The notes beneath the pieces are model-generated. The model was not told the DNA's origin and did no database searches. It saw nothing but the letters and a program-made list of their open reading frames with translations. Position numbers and translations under genes: made by a program. Positions 53,539-63,153 of a stretch of 64,000 nt of DNA are shown here, one piece after another; within the stretch, counting starts at the first letter, position 1, and the number at the start of each line of letters is the position of its first letter. The stretch comes from Clostridiales bacterium (GTDB lineage Bacteria > Bacillota > Clostridia > Lachnospirales > Lachnospiraceae), in assembly GCA_019423795.1 (NCBI GenBank), contig JAHZAT010000024.1:336-64335 (forward strand), given 5' to 3'.

Positions 53539-54444
53539 AAATAAATCCAGCATATTATCCAAATATACTTCTTCCCTCACATGAATCTGATATTCTGGCT
53601 TTACCATATAATAAAGCAGAAACTCCAATACTAAAGCACTTCCAAGGCTTCGTCCTTCTATTTTGAAATTAGAGAACCCCATTGGCAAGTAAGTATTTTT
53701 AATATCATCAACACTTATAAATCCTGGATTTTTCATTGCTTTTGAAAAACGGTATCCTTGATCAGCTTCTGGTGCTTGGCAGATATGTTCTGAAATATTT
53801 TCTCCTAAATTTTTCCTGCTGACTGTTTCGTAGCACTGCTTTCTTTCCTTACATCCATACCAACAGCATTCATTGCATAAGAATTCTACCTTATCTTTTT
53901 CCACGTTTGATAATTTTTTCAATTGATCAAATGCTTTATTCAAGCGAAAATCTGGTACAACGTATTTAAAATCTTCTTTCTTTACCTCATTTAAAAATTC
54001 TTCAAAGTTTGTTAAAACTTTTGTCGTTGAAGAAACAAAATATAAGCCTTTGTAATGTTTTTTTATATAGTCAAGTAATAAATCAGAATAGATGATCACA
54101 CCATTTCTTTTTTGCCCTGTTTCTTCAAATAATTTACATAATTCATTACATTTCCTATCCGACAGATGTTCTTCTCTTAACAAACTATTGCTAAACGTTA
54201 GTCGTGCCGAGATTCCATATTCTTTCATTAATTCTAAAGCTTCTTCTGGATTACCCGAACCAAAGCCAGCACGACCTCCTCCCCAGATACAATCCGCCGG
54301 AGATCCATAGATAGAGCTGATTTCACACCATTCATAGAAATATTCTCTATGTTTTCTATATAATGGAAGAAATACGCAATACAGCTCATAAAATTCAAAT
54401 AGTCCTGGTAGATGATAGTATGCTTTTTTATTTAACTTTTCCAT
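53536..54444 (-). CDS. Uncharacterised U32-peptidase-like, Cys-rich protein
   Basis: WGGGR, CNECCWYGC..R..CY, FKIEGR. Confidence 0.6.
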   Translation of the reverse strand: MEKLNKKAYYHLPGLFEFYELYCVFLPLYRKHREYFYEWCEISSIYGSPADCIWGGGRAGFGSGNPEEALELMKEYGISARLTFSNSLLREEHLSDRKCNELCKLFEETGQKRNGVIIYSDLLLDYIKKHYKGLYFVSSTTKVLTNFEEFLNEVKKEDFKYVVPDFRLNKAFDQLKKLSNVEKDKVEFLCNECCWYGCKERKQCYETVSRKNLGENISEHICQAPEADQGYRFSKAMKNPGFISVDDIKNTYLPMGFSNFKIEGRSLGSALVLEFLLYYMVKPEYQIHVREEVYLDNMLDLF

Positions 54445-54512
54445 ATAGTGATACTCTCCAATTTCTTACTTATCTTTCTATTTATTAATATGCCAAAGAT
54501 TATGAAACATCT

Positions 54513-54716
54513 CTAACTATACTGTTCTGGCCTTCTGGTTATGCATTGCCTGAACACGCATTTCCCATTCAAACGTCTCCATTGGTTATGCTTTCGTATT
54601 CGCTGTTGGAACTATGACCAGATCCGCACCTTTGCTTTGTCACAGTATTGCAGACTTTTGTCAAGATTTTTTTGTATGTCTGTTTTCATGCTCATTTGTA
54701 CTAGTGCAAGTTTCAT
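54513..54716 (-). pseudogene. Carbon-nitrogen hydrolase (nitrilase family) remnant with internal deletions
   Basis: RBS, then MKLALVQMSMKTDIQKNLDKSLQYCDKA; a shifted frame gives GADLVIVPTANTKA*PMETFEWEMRVQAMHNQ; then TRRPEQYS*. Confidence 0.7.
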
Positions 54717-54860
54717 TTTCCTCTCCTTCAAAATCTTTGTTGTTTCTCCTATTATATCAGTTCTTAATCAAATTTAACACTCTGATCTTTGAGATTATCA
54801 TCAAAACATGATACAATAGCCTACAGTGTAAAATTTACATAAGAGCGGAGAATTATTACA

Positions 54861-55626
54861 ATGGAAAAAGACCTTACTACTGGAAATATCACACCACATT
54901 TATATTGTTTTTTCTCTTGTATTGTCTATTCTTTGCATCTTATTTGCTCACCCAATCCTGACCTTAATGCAGGTGGATTTCGTGATCATTCCTATGACAA
55001 AACTTTATTTAAGGATTATTTTTTCTGGGCTTATCTTTACATTTATGTATAATTGCTTTGCAAGTACGCTTCATGCTCTTGGAGACAGCAAGTCTCCTCT
55101 TTATTTTTTGATCATCAGTTCTGTTGTCAATGTATTTGGAGATCTTATTTTTGTGCTTATTTTTCATATGGGAAGTGAGGGATGTGCGATGGCAGCTTTG
55201 ATGGCACAAAATAAAGGTGCAAAAAAGACCGATCGTATTAAGGCTGCTTTTCGTTGTGGAATGAAGATTGAACTTTTTTATGGAATTTTTATCTTTTTTG
55301 TATGCTTCTTTTTGGCTCACCCATTGATGCAGCTTTTTTCAAATGATCCTGTCGTGTGCAAGCATGGTGTGACTTATTTGAAACTAATCTCTTTGATGTA
55401 TCTGTTCCCTGCAGTTACAAATGGAGTTCAGGGATATTTTCGCGGAATCGGAGATCTTAAGATTACTTTGATCAGTAGTTTTGTGAATATGTCGGTTCGT
55501 GTGATATTTGCGGCTGTTCTTGTGTTTCATTTTTCCTTGCAGATCGAAGCATTGCCATTTTCTTATCTTGCCGGGTGGATTGGAATGCTTTTAGCAGAGG
55601 TGCCGTTGCTTTTGAGGAAATTTTAA
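54861..55626 (+). pseudogene. MATE efflux transporter remnant with internal deletions
   Basis: MEKDLTTGNI start, GDSKSPLYFLIISSVVNVFGD, QGYFRGIGDLK; only about 255 codons versus the usual ~450, with a frame break. Confidence 0.8.
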
Positions 55627-55928
55627 TTTGCGTGATCGAAACCACTACCGAACACGTGTGGAGAATGTTATTGGCTATAAATTAGGAATTTCTCAGACAG
55701 AGGATTGAAGCTTTGAATGTATTTTAAACATCTCGTCAAATCGGTGTTCTTAAACTCCTTTCATCTTCCGTCAACGAATACAAAACTTATCAACCAACAT
55801 CGTTTAACATACACACTGTGTAGTGATTTGAATAGCGTTCCTTTGTATTAGTCAGAAAGAAGATAAGAAGAAATATTTATCTTCTTTCTGACTAATATAT
55901 ACAACACTACCTACAAATGAGAATTTTA
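55618..55928. repeat. Composite copy of the H2/H1 repeat bounded by 13-bp inverted ends (MITE/REPIN-like)
   Basis: About 55736-55829 aligns inverted with 7140-7232. GTAGTGATTTGAATAGC (55820-55836) is identical to 7333-7349. Perfect 21-bp stem 55846-55866/55877-55897. Ends AAATTTTAATTTG (55618-55630) and CAAATGAGAATTT (55914-55926). Confidence 0.9.
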
Positions 55929-57800
55929 TCTTGGTGTCAGCTCCAAATACATATTCTTATACTGCCATGCACTTGTCTCCCAAGATACATCTTTATTCAT
56001 ATCGCGAATGACCATATCATCCCAGTTTGCTCGATTTTCAAAGTAGCAGGTCTTTGCTCTGTTGATCGTATCATAGAGCAGACCGCCTTCATATCTATCA
56101 AATGTAAAGCCATTTCCCGTATTATCAAACATGTTATATGGCTGAACGGTATCTCTAAGTCCTCCTGTTTCTCTTACGATTGGAATCGCACCGTATCTCA
56201 TAGCGATCAGCTGTGTCAGTCCGCATGGTTCGAATCTTGATGGAACTAAGAGGGCATCACATCCTGAGTAAACGTTGTGAGCTACATTCTCATTGTAGGC
56301 GATATAAGCACAGAAGCTTCCCTTGTATTGATTCTCATAAGAACGGAATGCATCTTCATACCAGGAATCACCTGTACCAAGGACAACGACCTGTGTATTT
56401 CCATCCATGACACCTGGAATTACATCATTTACAAGATCCAGTCCTTTCTGGTTTGTCAGACGAGAAATCAGTCCGATCACCATTTTATTTTCGTCTACTT
56501 CTAAACCTAAAGATTCCTGCAGTGCTTTCTTATTGATCTTTTTATTTTCGATTGCATTGCTTGCATCATAATTGGCTTTTAACAGTTTGTCTGTGGATGG
56601 ATTCCAGATATTAACGTCAATACCATTTACAATTCCTCTGATCTTATTTTGATGATATCTTAGGTGCTCTGCAAGTCCTTCTCCGTATTCTTCTGTCTGA
56701 ATCTCTCCTGCATATGTATTACTTACAGTTGTAAGTCTATTGCAGTATGTGATTCCTCCTTTTAACATATTCGCATCTAACCAGTTTTGAGTCAGGCAGT
56801 CTTTGTTAAATACATAGTCCGGAAGTCCTGACCAGTATTGGATCATCTTTCTATCATAAATACCTTGGAATTTGAGGTTATGTATCGTAAGTACTGCACT
56901 TGCACGTCCTACATTTGTATCGGCAAAACATGTTCTTAGATACAATGGCACCAAAGCTGCCTGCCAGTCATGGCAATGTACAACATCTGGAACCCAATCC
57001 AGATAATTAAGTGCCGCCAATGCTGCCTTGGAAAAATAACAAAACTTTGGAATATCATCGATCAGATTTGTATATGGATTACCCCAGGAGAAAAATTCAT
57101 CATTGTCGATAAAATCATAAACAACGCCGTCTTCCTGATATTCCATAATACCAACATAGTATTGTTTTCCATCAGAGCAAAGGTTCATATAAAAAGAGCC
57201 TTTATACTCCATCTTTTCTTGATATTCCCAAGGAATACATTTGTATCTTGGAAGAATAACCTTCACATCAACATTTAATTTTGCAAGACTCTTTGGCAAT
57301 GCAGACATGACATCTCCAAGTCCTCCTGTTTTTACAAATGGATAGCATTCTGAGCCAATGAAAACGACACTTCTTCTTGGTCCAAGATCTACATATTCCT
57401 TTGGTTGCTCCTGTTCTACAGGTGCTTCTTGTTTAGCAACTACTTCTTGCTCAACTGGAACAGTTTCTTTTTTAGTATCTTCTTTTTTTGCAGTGGAAAC
57501 AGCTTTCTTTTTCTTAGCTGCCTTTTTTTCTGTTGAAGCAGCCGCTTTTTTCTCTTCCGTATCTTTTACTGTCGGAATATCTGCTTTTTTCTCTTCCGTC
57601 TTCTTAACTGTTGGAACTATCTGTTTTTCTTCCGTTTTCTTTACTGCTTTAACAGCTGTAGTTTTTTCATCCGTATTTTCTACTGTTGAAATAGTAGTCT
57701 TTTCTGTATCCGTATTTTTCGCTGTTGCTGTAACAGCTTTTTTCGTTCTAGTCTTTGCATTCGCTCTTGTCTTGCTTTTTGTTCTGCTTTTTCTGCTCAT
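55926..57800 (-). CDS. glgA: Glycogen synthase with a long low-complexity N-terminal extension
   Basis: KTGGLGDV, HCHDWQ, ISRLTNQKG, PSRFEPCGLTQ, ETGGL. Confidence 0.95.
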   Translation of the reverse strand: MSRKSRTKSKTRANAKTRTKKAVTATAKNTDTEKTTISTVENTDEKTTAVKAVKKTEEKQIVPTVKKTEEKKADIPTVKDTEEKKAAASTEKKAAKKKKAVSTAKKEDTKKETVPVEQEVVAKQEAPVEQEQPKEYVDLGPRRSVVFIGSECYPFVKTGGLGDVMSALPKSLAKLNVDVKVILPRYKCIPWEYQEKMEYKGSFYMNLCSDGKQYYVGIMEYQEDGVVYDFIDNDEFFSWGNPYTNLIDDIPKFCYFSKAALAALNYLDWVPDVVHCHDWQAALVPLYLRTCFADTNVGRASAVLTIHNLKFQGIYDRKMIQYWSGLPDYVFNKDCLTQNWLDANMLKGGITYCNRLTTVSNTYAGEIQTEEYGEGLAEHLRYHQNKIRGIVNGIDVNIWNPSTDKLLKANYDASNAIENKKINKKALQESLGLEVDENKMVIGLISRLTNQKGLDLVNDVIPGVMDGNTQVVVLGTGDSWYEDAFRSYENQYKGSFCAYIAYNENVAHNVYSGCDALLVPSRFEPCGLTQLIAMRYGAIPIVRETGGLRDTVQPYNMFDNTGNGFTFDRYEGGLLYDTINRAKTCYFENRANWDDMVIRDMNKDVSWETSAWQYKNMYLELTPR

Positions 57801-58000
57801 ATTTGCCTCCAATCTGCAAAATAAGTCCTACACTTTGTAATAAATCTGATGATATTCTCATCTATATTTTTATTATATCACAAAAATAACGGCACTGTAT
57901 ATCACTTTAGTAATATACAATGCCTCATCATCACATTTCTATTATCTATGCAAATTCCCAATTTTGTGAAACTGCATTTGCAACCCTCTTGTGAAAAATT

Positions 58001-58201
58001 TTATTCTTCCTGCTGATTATAATCAATGATAATCTTCTTACAATCCCCACATCGATAAGCAACGCTTTCATATTCCAATGGTTGATCTGCAAACCATCCA
58101 GAGCTAACTGCTAATACTCTCTTTTTTCTATTCCATCCAAGACCATGCTTTGACTGAATATATCCTTTTTCCATTTCTTTGTTACAATATGGACACTTCA
58201 T
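58001..58201 (-). CDS. Small zinc-ribbon protein
   Basis: MKCPYCNKEMEKGYI...CGDCKKIIIDY; RBS GGAGG. Confidence 0.75.
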   Translation of the reverse strand: MKCPYCNKEMEKGYIQSKHGLGWNRKKRVLAVSSGWFADQPLEYESVAYRCGDCKKIIIDYNQQEE

Positions 58202-58319
58202 CCTCATCCCCTCCATTTCATTGTAACATATCAAAGTTTCTTTTAATCTTTCGATTAATTACTTATATTTTACCACAACTTTCTACCTGTCGCTATTTTT
58301 TCCATAAATAATTCCTTTT

Positions 58320-58916
58320 TCAAATGCAAATATCCACACAATCCATGATCATCTTCTTACACCTTGCATATCCCAACTGTGAACTGTTTAATGACAATGT
58401 ATAATTCTTAGCCATTCCCCATTTTTGTTCCGTATAGAAATTATAATTTGTCCTTCGTCTTTTATCTGTATCCTTTATCAGTTTCACTGCCCCATCTTCC
58501 GTAACATCATATAACTTACAGATACGTTTGATCTTCTCTGGCATATCTCCATATATAAATACATTCAGCACATCTTCTCTATCTTTCAATATAAAATCTG
58601 CATTTCTTCCAATCAAAACACAAGGCTCTTTTTCTGCGATTTCCAGGATTACTTTTCTCTGTGCCTCATACAACATATCATCCACGGATTTTCCTGTAAT
58701 ATCACGACCTGAAAATGCATAGGCAAAAAATCCTCTTTTGGGTGATAATTCTGCATTTTCTTCGATATATTCTGGTGATAATCCAGATTGTTGTGCAATC
58801 TGATCTATGATATTTTCACTGTAATAAGCAATTCCAAGCTGTTTTGCCACTTCTTCTCCAATAAAACGGCCGCCACTTCCAAATTCTCTACTGATCGTAA
58901 TGATTCTTTTTGCCAT
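58320..58916 (-). CDS. Cytidylate kinase-like family protein
   Basis: IITISREFGSGGR, VLIGRNAD, DKRR..Y. Confidence 0.88.
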   Translation of the reverse strand: MAKRIITISREFGSGGRFIGEEVAKQLGIAYYSENIIDQIAQQSGLSPEYIEENAELSPKRGFFAYAFSGRDITGKSVDDMLYEAQRKVILEIAEKEPCVLIGRNADFILKDREDVLNVFIYGDMPEKIKRICKLYDVTEDGAVKLIKDTDKRRRTNYNFYTEQKWGMAKNYTLSLNSSQLGYARCKKMIMDCVDICI

Positions 58917-58932
58917 GATACTTTCCTCCTTC

Positions 58933-59040
58933 TTAATGTGTTAACCGATCCACTTTTGTTTTTCTTATCTTCTTTAAAAAGACAAATCCGATCAAACATG
59001 CCGCAAGTTCCGTGATTGGAAATGCCCACCAAATCAAAGA
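58933..59040 (-). pseudogene. C-terminal remnant of a MATE transporter
   Basis: Manual translation [34 protein letters not shown]. Confidence 0.65.
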
Positions 59041-59827
59041 TACTTGCGGATATTCTACGACAGCTCCTCTCCATAGTTTTGGACCAGCCGTCCGCCCACA
59101 TTATTTAATTCATTTTATTTTAAACGGGAAAGGAATTTTTCAAAAAGGTGATAAGACCTATCATTTAGAAACTGGGCAAGGATTCTTTATCGAACCAGAT
59201 GAGCTTACTTTTTACCAAGCTGATGCAAAAGAACCATGGGAATATTTATGGGTTGGATTTAACGGAACGATGGTTCCTGAATTATTAAAACAGATTGGTC
59301 TTTCTTCTTCGCAGCCAGTTTTTCATTGTGATAAAGGGAAAGATTTATACTGGCTTGTCAATGATATGCTAGTTCATGCAAGATCTGGTTTTGCTTCAGA
59401 TCTTCGAAGAACTGGTCTTTTATATGAGTTTCTTTCAATTCTTGCAGAAAATCCAATGGAGACAGATACACAGACAGATTCTGAATATGTTTATATCAAC
59501 AAAGCAGTCGAATATATTAAAAATAATTATTGGGATGGGATTCATATTTATGACATTGCGAAATATCTTTGTATTGATCGAAGTTATGTTTACTTATTGT
59601 TTCAAAAATATTTCCAACAAAGTCCTCAAGATTATCTTGCGACTTTTCGACTCACGAAAGCATCTGAGTTATTAAGTACAACGACTCTTTCTATTGAAAG
59701 CATCAGTAATTCCTGCGGGTATGGAGACCCTGCAACATTTTCTAAGGCATTTAAACGATGGATGGGTGTTTCTCCCTCTGGATATCGAAAAAATCAGCGT
59801 AGCCATGGGACTGTACTGAGTAATTAG
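59012..59827 (+). CDS. AraC family regulator, probably 5'-truncated
   Basis: CGY...[16 protein letters not shown] cupin and a C-terminal double HTH ([14 protein letters not shown]). The first ~11 codons overlap the antisense MATE remnant. Confidence 0.8.
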   Translation: MIGNAHQIKDTCGYSTTAPLHSFGPAVRPHYLIHFILNGKGIFQKGDKTYHLETGQGFFIEPDELTFYQADAKEPWEYLWVGFNGTMVPELLKQIGLSSSQPVFHCDKGKDLYWLVNDMLVHARSGFASDLRRTGLLYEFLSILAENPMETDTQTDSEYVYINKAVEYIKNNYWDGIHIYDIAKYLCIDRSYVYLLFQKYFQQSPQDYLATFRLTKASELLSTTTLSIESISNSCGYGDPATFSKAFKRWMGVSPSGYRKNQRSHGTVLSN

Positions 59828-59864
59828 CATTTTTATTTCATAGGGGATTTCATCGAAATTTTCT

Positions 59865-60378
59865 ATAAAAAAGTGTCTTCGACACTTCAACTCCCCTGCC
59901 CCTCATTCTTGAGGGGTGGGTTTCTTTTTTTGTCTTTTTCCTTCATAATAGAATCATGAATATCCTACAAGAGATCTTTACAGATCATTAATGTCAGACA
60001 CCGTCATTGCGTTTTTACCATTGATGCGTCCCTCCGTGATTTTTTCCTGCAGGATCGCTCTCTCCTTAACTGTCTCTTTCATTCCGTCTCCAGTGTTGTC
60101 CTTCGTTTATTCTCTAAAATGAACAAACACAAAAACTTTACCCCTGGTTTTATCATGGTCCTGCATACTTTCGGCAGGGATCTTAAATGGAATCCTCATA
60201 TCCATTGTCTCATCTCTGAAGGCGGTTACAGTGATGATGCTTTCTGGCGTAATGTCTCTCATTTCAACTATACTTTCCTTCGCAATGCTTTCCGTAGTTT
60301 TAACCGGTGGCGTACTGCGATCCTTTCTTCTTTTGGCTATAATCCTCATATAAAGGAGGAACCCTACCATGAAAAAGA
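59865..60378 (+). mobile_element. Defective IS91-like element, copy 1
   Basis: Near-identical to 63063-63797 except for a 221-bp deletion; retains the HUH motif WNPHIHCL. Confidence 0.88.
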
Positions 60379-60395
60379 TATCGCTAAGAATACTT

Positions 60396-60611
60396 CTATA
60401 GCGATATCTTCATTACATAAATAATCTGTGTTTTAAAAGTTTTATTGGAGTTATTTAATGTTGTCTCAAGGAACACATCTCCTACAACTAATTTCCCATC
60501 ATCTGTCACATCTTTAAATGCAACTGGCACTACATTTGGTTTTCCATTTGCACATGTTGCAAGATCCCACATACCTTCTTTTAATAATTTTACTACGGAT
60601 TCATTTAACAT
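60396..60611 (-). pseudogene. Pyridoxamine 5'-phosphate oxidase family (FMN-binding) protein, 3'-truncated
   Basis: WDLATCANGKPNVVPVAFK..KLVVGDVFLETTLNN, then unrelated sequence. Confidence 0.7.
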
Positions 60612-60719
60612 TTTGTATACCTCCATCATTGTTTGATCAATTTTTTTATATACTTATGTCATCGAATTTGCTTGTATTTTGGAAGATATTAGGGAATTTA
60701 TGAGTTGATATTAAATTTC

Positions 60720-61000
60720 TTATCGTTCCTGTACTTCTTTTCCACTCATATGTTCAATCTCTATCTCAAAAAGCTGTGCAGCTTTTCCTGCCTGTGCAAT
60801 CTCTTCATCCACCATCTGTTCATTTGGATAATATTTCATTGCAAATTGTTTTAATAAGATTCCTCTTTGACCATTTCATTTCCATAAACTGTAAAACATA
60901 TTTTATCACTGGATCGCAGGGAGTCGACTTTATGTCCTGATTGTTTGCCATAACTGCCAAATTGTGCATGATTTCCGCCTTTAGTGACTTCTTCTTTATA
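60720..61000 (-). pseudogene. Chimeric remnant: alpha/beta-hydrolase tail fused to NimA/PNPOx-like fragments
   Basis: KGGNHAQFGSYGKQSG joined to HKVDSLRSSDKICFTVYGNE; a shifted frame gives LLKQFAMKYYPNEQMVDEEI..IEHMSGKEVQER*. Confidence 0.6.
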
Positions 61001-61028
61001 ATTAGCTTTCTTAAAATATTTTCTGCAA

Positions 61029-62624
61029 TTATTCCTTACACATTTGTTCAATCACACATGTATGCATCTTTGTCCCTTTATCATAGTTAATTCCTACTAA
61101 AAGCAATTCTCCACGATACTCATCTAACGCATCTACATATTGTTTTTCCTTAATCTGACGAATTGCTCCTTGGGCTGTTTTATCCCATTTTAGTTCTATG
61201 ATCACAGCAGGCTTATCAAGATGTATTTTTCTTGGAATGAAGCAAATATCTGCAAATCCTTTTCCTGTTGGAAGTTCTCTTATGATTGTATAATATTCCC
61301 TTGCAAAATAAAAAGCTAGGTTAATTGTACAACTTAATGCATTTTCATTATTATATTGAAGAATTGAAATTTCCCTATGTGCTTTATCAATTCCTGCTGC
61401 CACAGCTTTTTCATCCATATTCCATAGAGCCTCTAATAGCATTTTGGAATCTTCCACAGATCTTGTAACCTCAGCCCAATCCATTGTACTGATCGCATTA
61501 ATATATTCTTGAGAAACTTCTTTATTTGGAATTGTAACTGTCTTATCAGGCCAATGATAGCTCAAATATCCCAAGTGAATCAATAATGTCAGAACGTCAT
61601 CTTTCCCCTGAAAGCTTGTCATATCATTCGAAAATGTTCCTATATTAACTTGAACTCTTTCTCCCGCAAGCATACGAATGATTGCATCTTTTAATCCATC
61701 AAAGTTTAACTTTATATATGATTTTAACGCCTCATATGTTTCTGTCTGATTCCAATAGTTGTCAAATACCCCACTTAACATTACATCAACAACTGATTTT
61801 GGACTATACATGGAATAACAAATTTTTTCTTCTCCATCCACTGTCACAAGTTCATATCCATCATACCATGCGCGTGTTTCTTCAAAATTCCGATGAAATC
61901 TTTCACACAGCTTTTTAACTTCTACTTCTGTAAAGCCAAAATATTCTGCCATTTCTCTTGGATTTGTCATTGAATATTCTGTAAACATATTCAATGCAGA
62001 ATGAGATCCATATTTTTTGATTGGAAGAATTCCTGTCATATAAGCAAGTGCCACATAATCTTTATCTTTCAACCATGCACGCAAAAAGTCCAGATATTTT
62101 TTCTGTGCTTCTTTATTCTGTTTATATTCACGAAACAAGCAATCCCACTCATCGATCAAAATTACAAAAGGACATCTTGTGTAAGAAAATACATCTTTCA
62201 TAACCTGAATCAAGTTCTTTTCGTCTCGAAACTGTATTTCTCGAAATGCTTCTTTGAAATCTGAAACCAAATAATCTTTCAGCATCTGAAGCATTTCTTC
62301 TACTGTTTCTGACATACTTAGAAATTCCTGCATATTAATTTTTATCACATCGTATTGATTCAGATTTTCTTTGTATGATCTATCCTTACTGATTGACAGA
62401 TTCTGAAATAATTCTTCTGTATTTTCACTTCGATCATAATATGCAGCAAGCATATTTGCTGCCATGGATTTTCCAAATCGTCTAGGACGGCTTACACAGA
62501 TATATTTTTGCTCTGTATAAAGAACTTCGTTTGTCTTTGCAATTAATTCACTTTTATCTACATATATTTTAGAGCGAAGACTACCTCGAAATGAAAAATT
62601 TCCGGGATTTAAATAACTTCCCAT
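61029..62624 (-). CDS. AAA-ATPase-like domain plus PD-(D/E)XK nuclease protein
   Basis: YVDKS, SRPRRFGKS, ILIDEWD, GFAD..IIELK, QIKEKQY, LVGINY. Confidence 0.9.
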   Translation of the reverse strand: MGSYLNPGNFSFRGSLRSKIYVDKSELIAKTNEVLYTEQKYICVSRPRRFGKSMAANMLAAYYDRSENTEELFQNLSISKDRSYKENLNQYDVIKINMQEFLSMSETVEEMLQMLKDYLVSDFKEAFREIQFRDEKNLIQVMKDVFSYTRCPFVILIDEWDCLFREYKQNKEAQKKYLDFLRAWLKDKDYVALAYMTGILPIKKYGSHSALNMFTEYSMTNPREMAEYFGFTEVEVKKLCERFHRNFEETRAWYDGYELVTVDGEEKICYSMYSPKSVVDVMLSGVFDNYWNQTETYEALKSYIKLNFDGLKDAIIRMLAGERVQVNIGTFSNDMTSFQGKDDVLTLLIHLGYLSYHWPDKTVTIPNKEVSQEYINAISTMDWAEVTRSVEDSKMLLEALWNMDEKAVAAGIDKAHREISILQYNNENALSCTINLAFYFAREYYTIIRELPTGKGFADICFIPRKIHLDKPAVIIELKWDKTAQGAIRQIKEKQYVDALDEYRGELLLVGINYDKGTKMHTCVIEQMCKE

Positions 62625-62704
62625 ATCTGTATTGCACCTCCTGTAATTACCATATTTATAATAAATAGTATCATATTTCTTTATAAAATAAAACTCTAGC
62701 TTCT

Positions 62705-63010
62705 TTAATCTTCCAAAACTTCAATATAAAAACTAACTGGCCGGAATCCATCATTACAGCTGATCATTGCTGACTTTTTATTCTTCATCCATCCTTCATA
62801 AATATCGCTGCCGCCATAAGCCAACGTCATAACAAATGGAGAGATACTTTCCCATGCACTTTCACAAAATCCTTCGGGACGTTTCCATCCTTCTGCAATA
62901 AATACTTGCCCTTCTTCTATATCGCAAGCATGCTCCATAGGATTTTCATATTGTTCCATTAAGTCTTTATATTCTGTTTTACGTATTGCTGTAATTTTAC
63001 ATCGTTTCAC
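62705..63010 (-). CDS. TIGR04076-like Cys-containing protein
   Basis: CKIT, HAC, PEGFCESAW, SCNDGFRPVSF; probable GTG start at 63010. Confidence 0.75.
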   Translation of the reverse strand: MKRCKITAIRKTEYKDLMEQYENPMEHACDIEEGQVFIAEGWKRPEGFCESAWESISPFVMTLAYGGSDIYEGWMKNKKSAMISCNDGFRPVSFYIEVLED

Positions 63011-63153
63011 TAGTTTGTTCCTTTCATATTTCAATATGTTAAATTTGTATCTTCATTATAACATAAAAAAGTGTCTTCGACACTTCAACTCCCCTGCCCC
63101 TCATTCTTAAGGGGTGGGTTTCTTTTTTTGTCTTTTTCCTTCATAATAGAATC

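Noticed and set aside
57358..57840. 160-aa hydrophobic plus-strand ORF
   Set aside because: Antisense reading of the low-complexity glgA extension.
57952..57968. AAATTCCCAATTTTG as a further stop-codon motif copy
   Set aside because: It is not at a stop codon and is a weaker match in AT-rich DNA.
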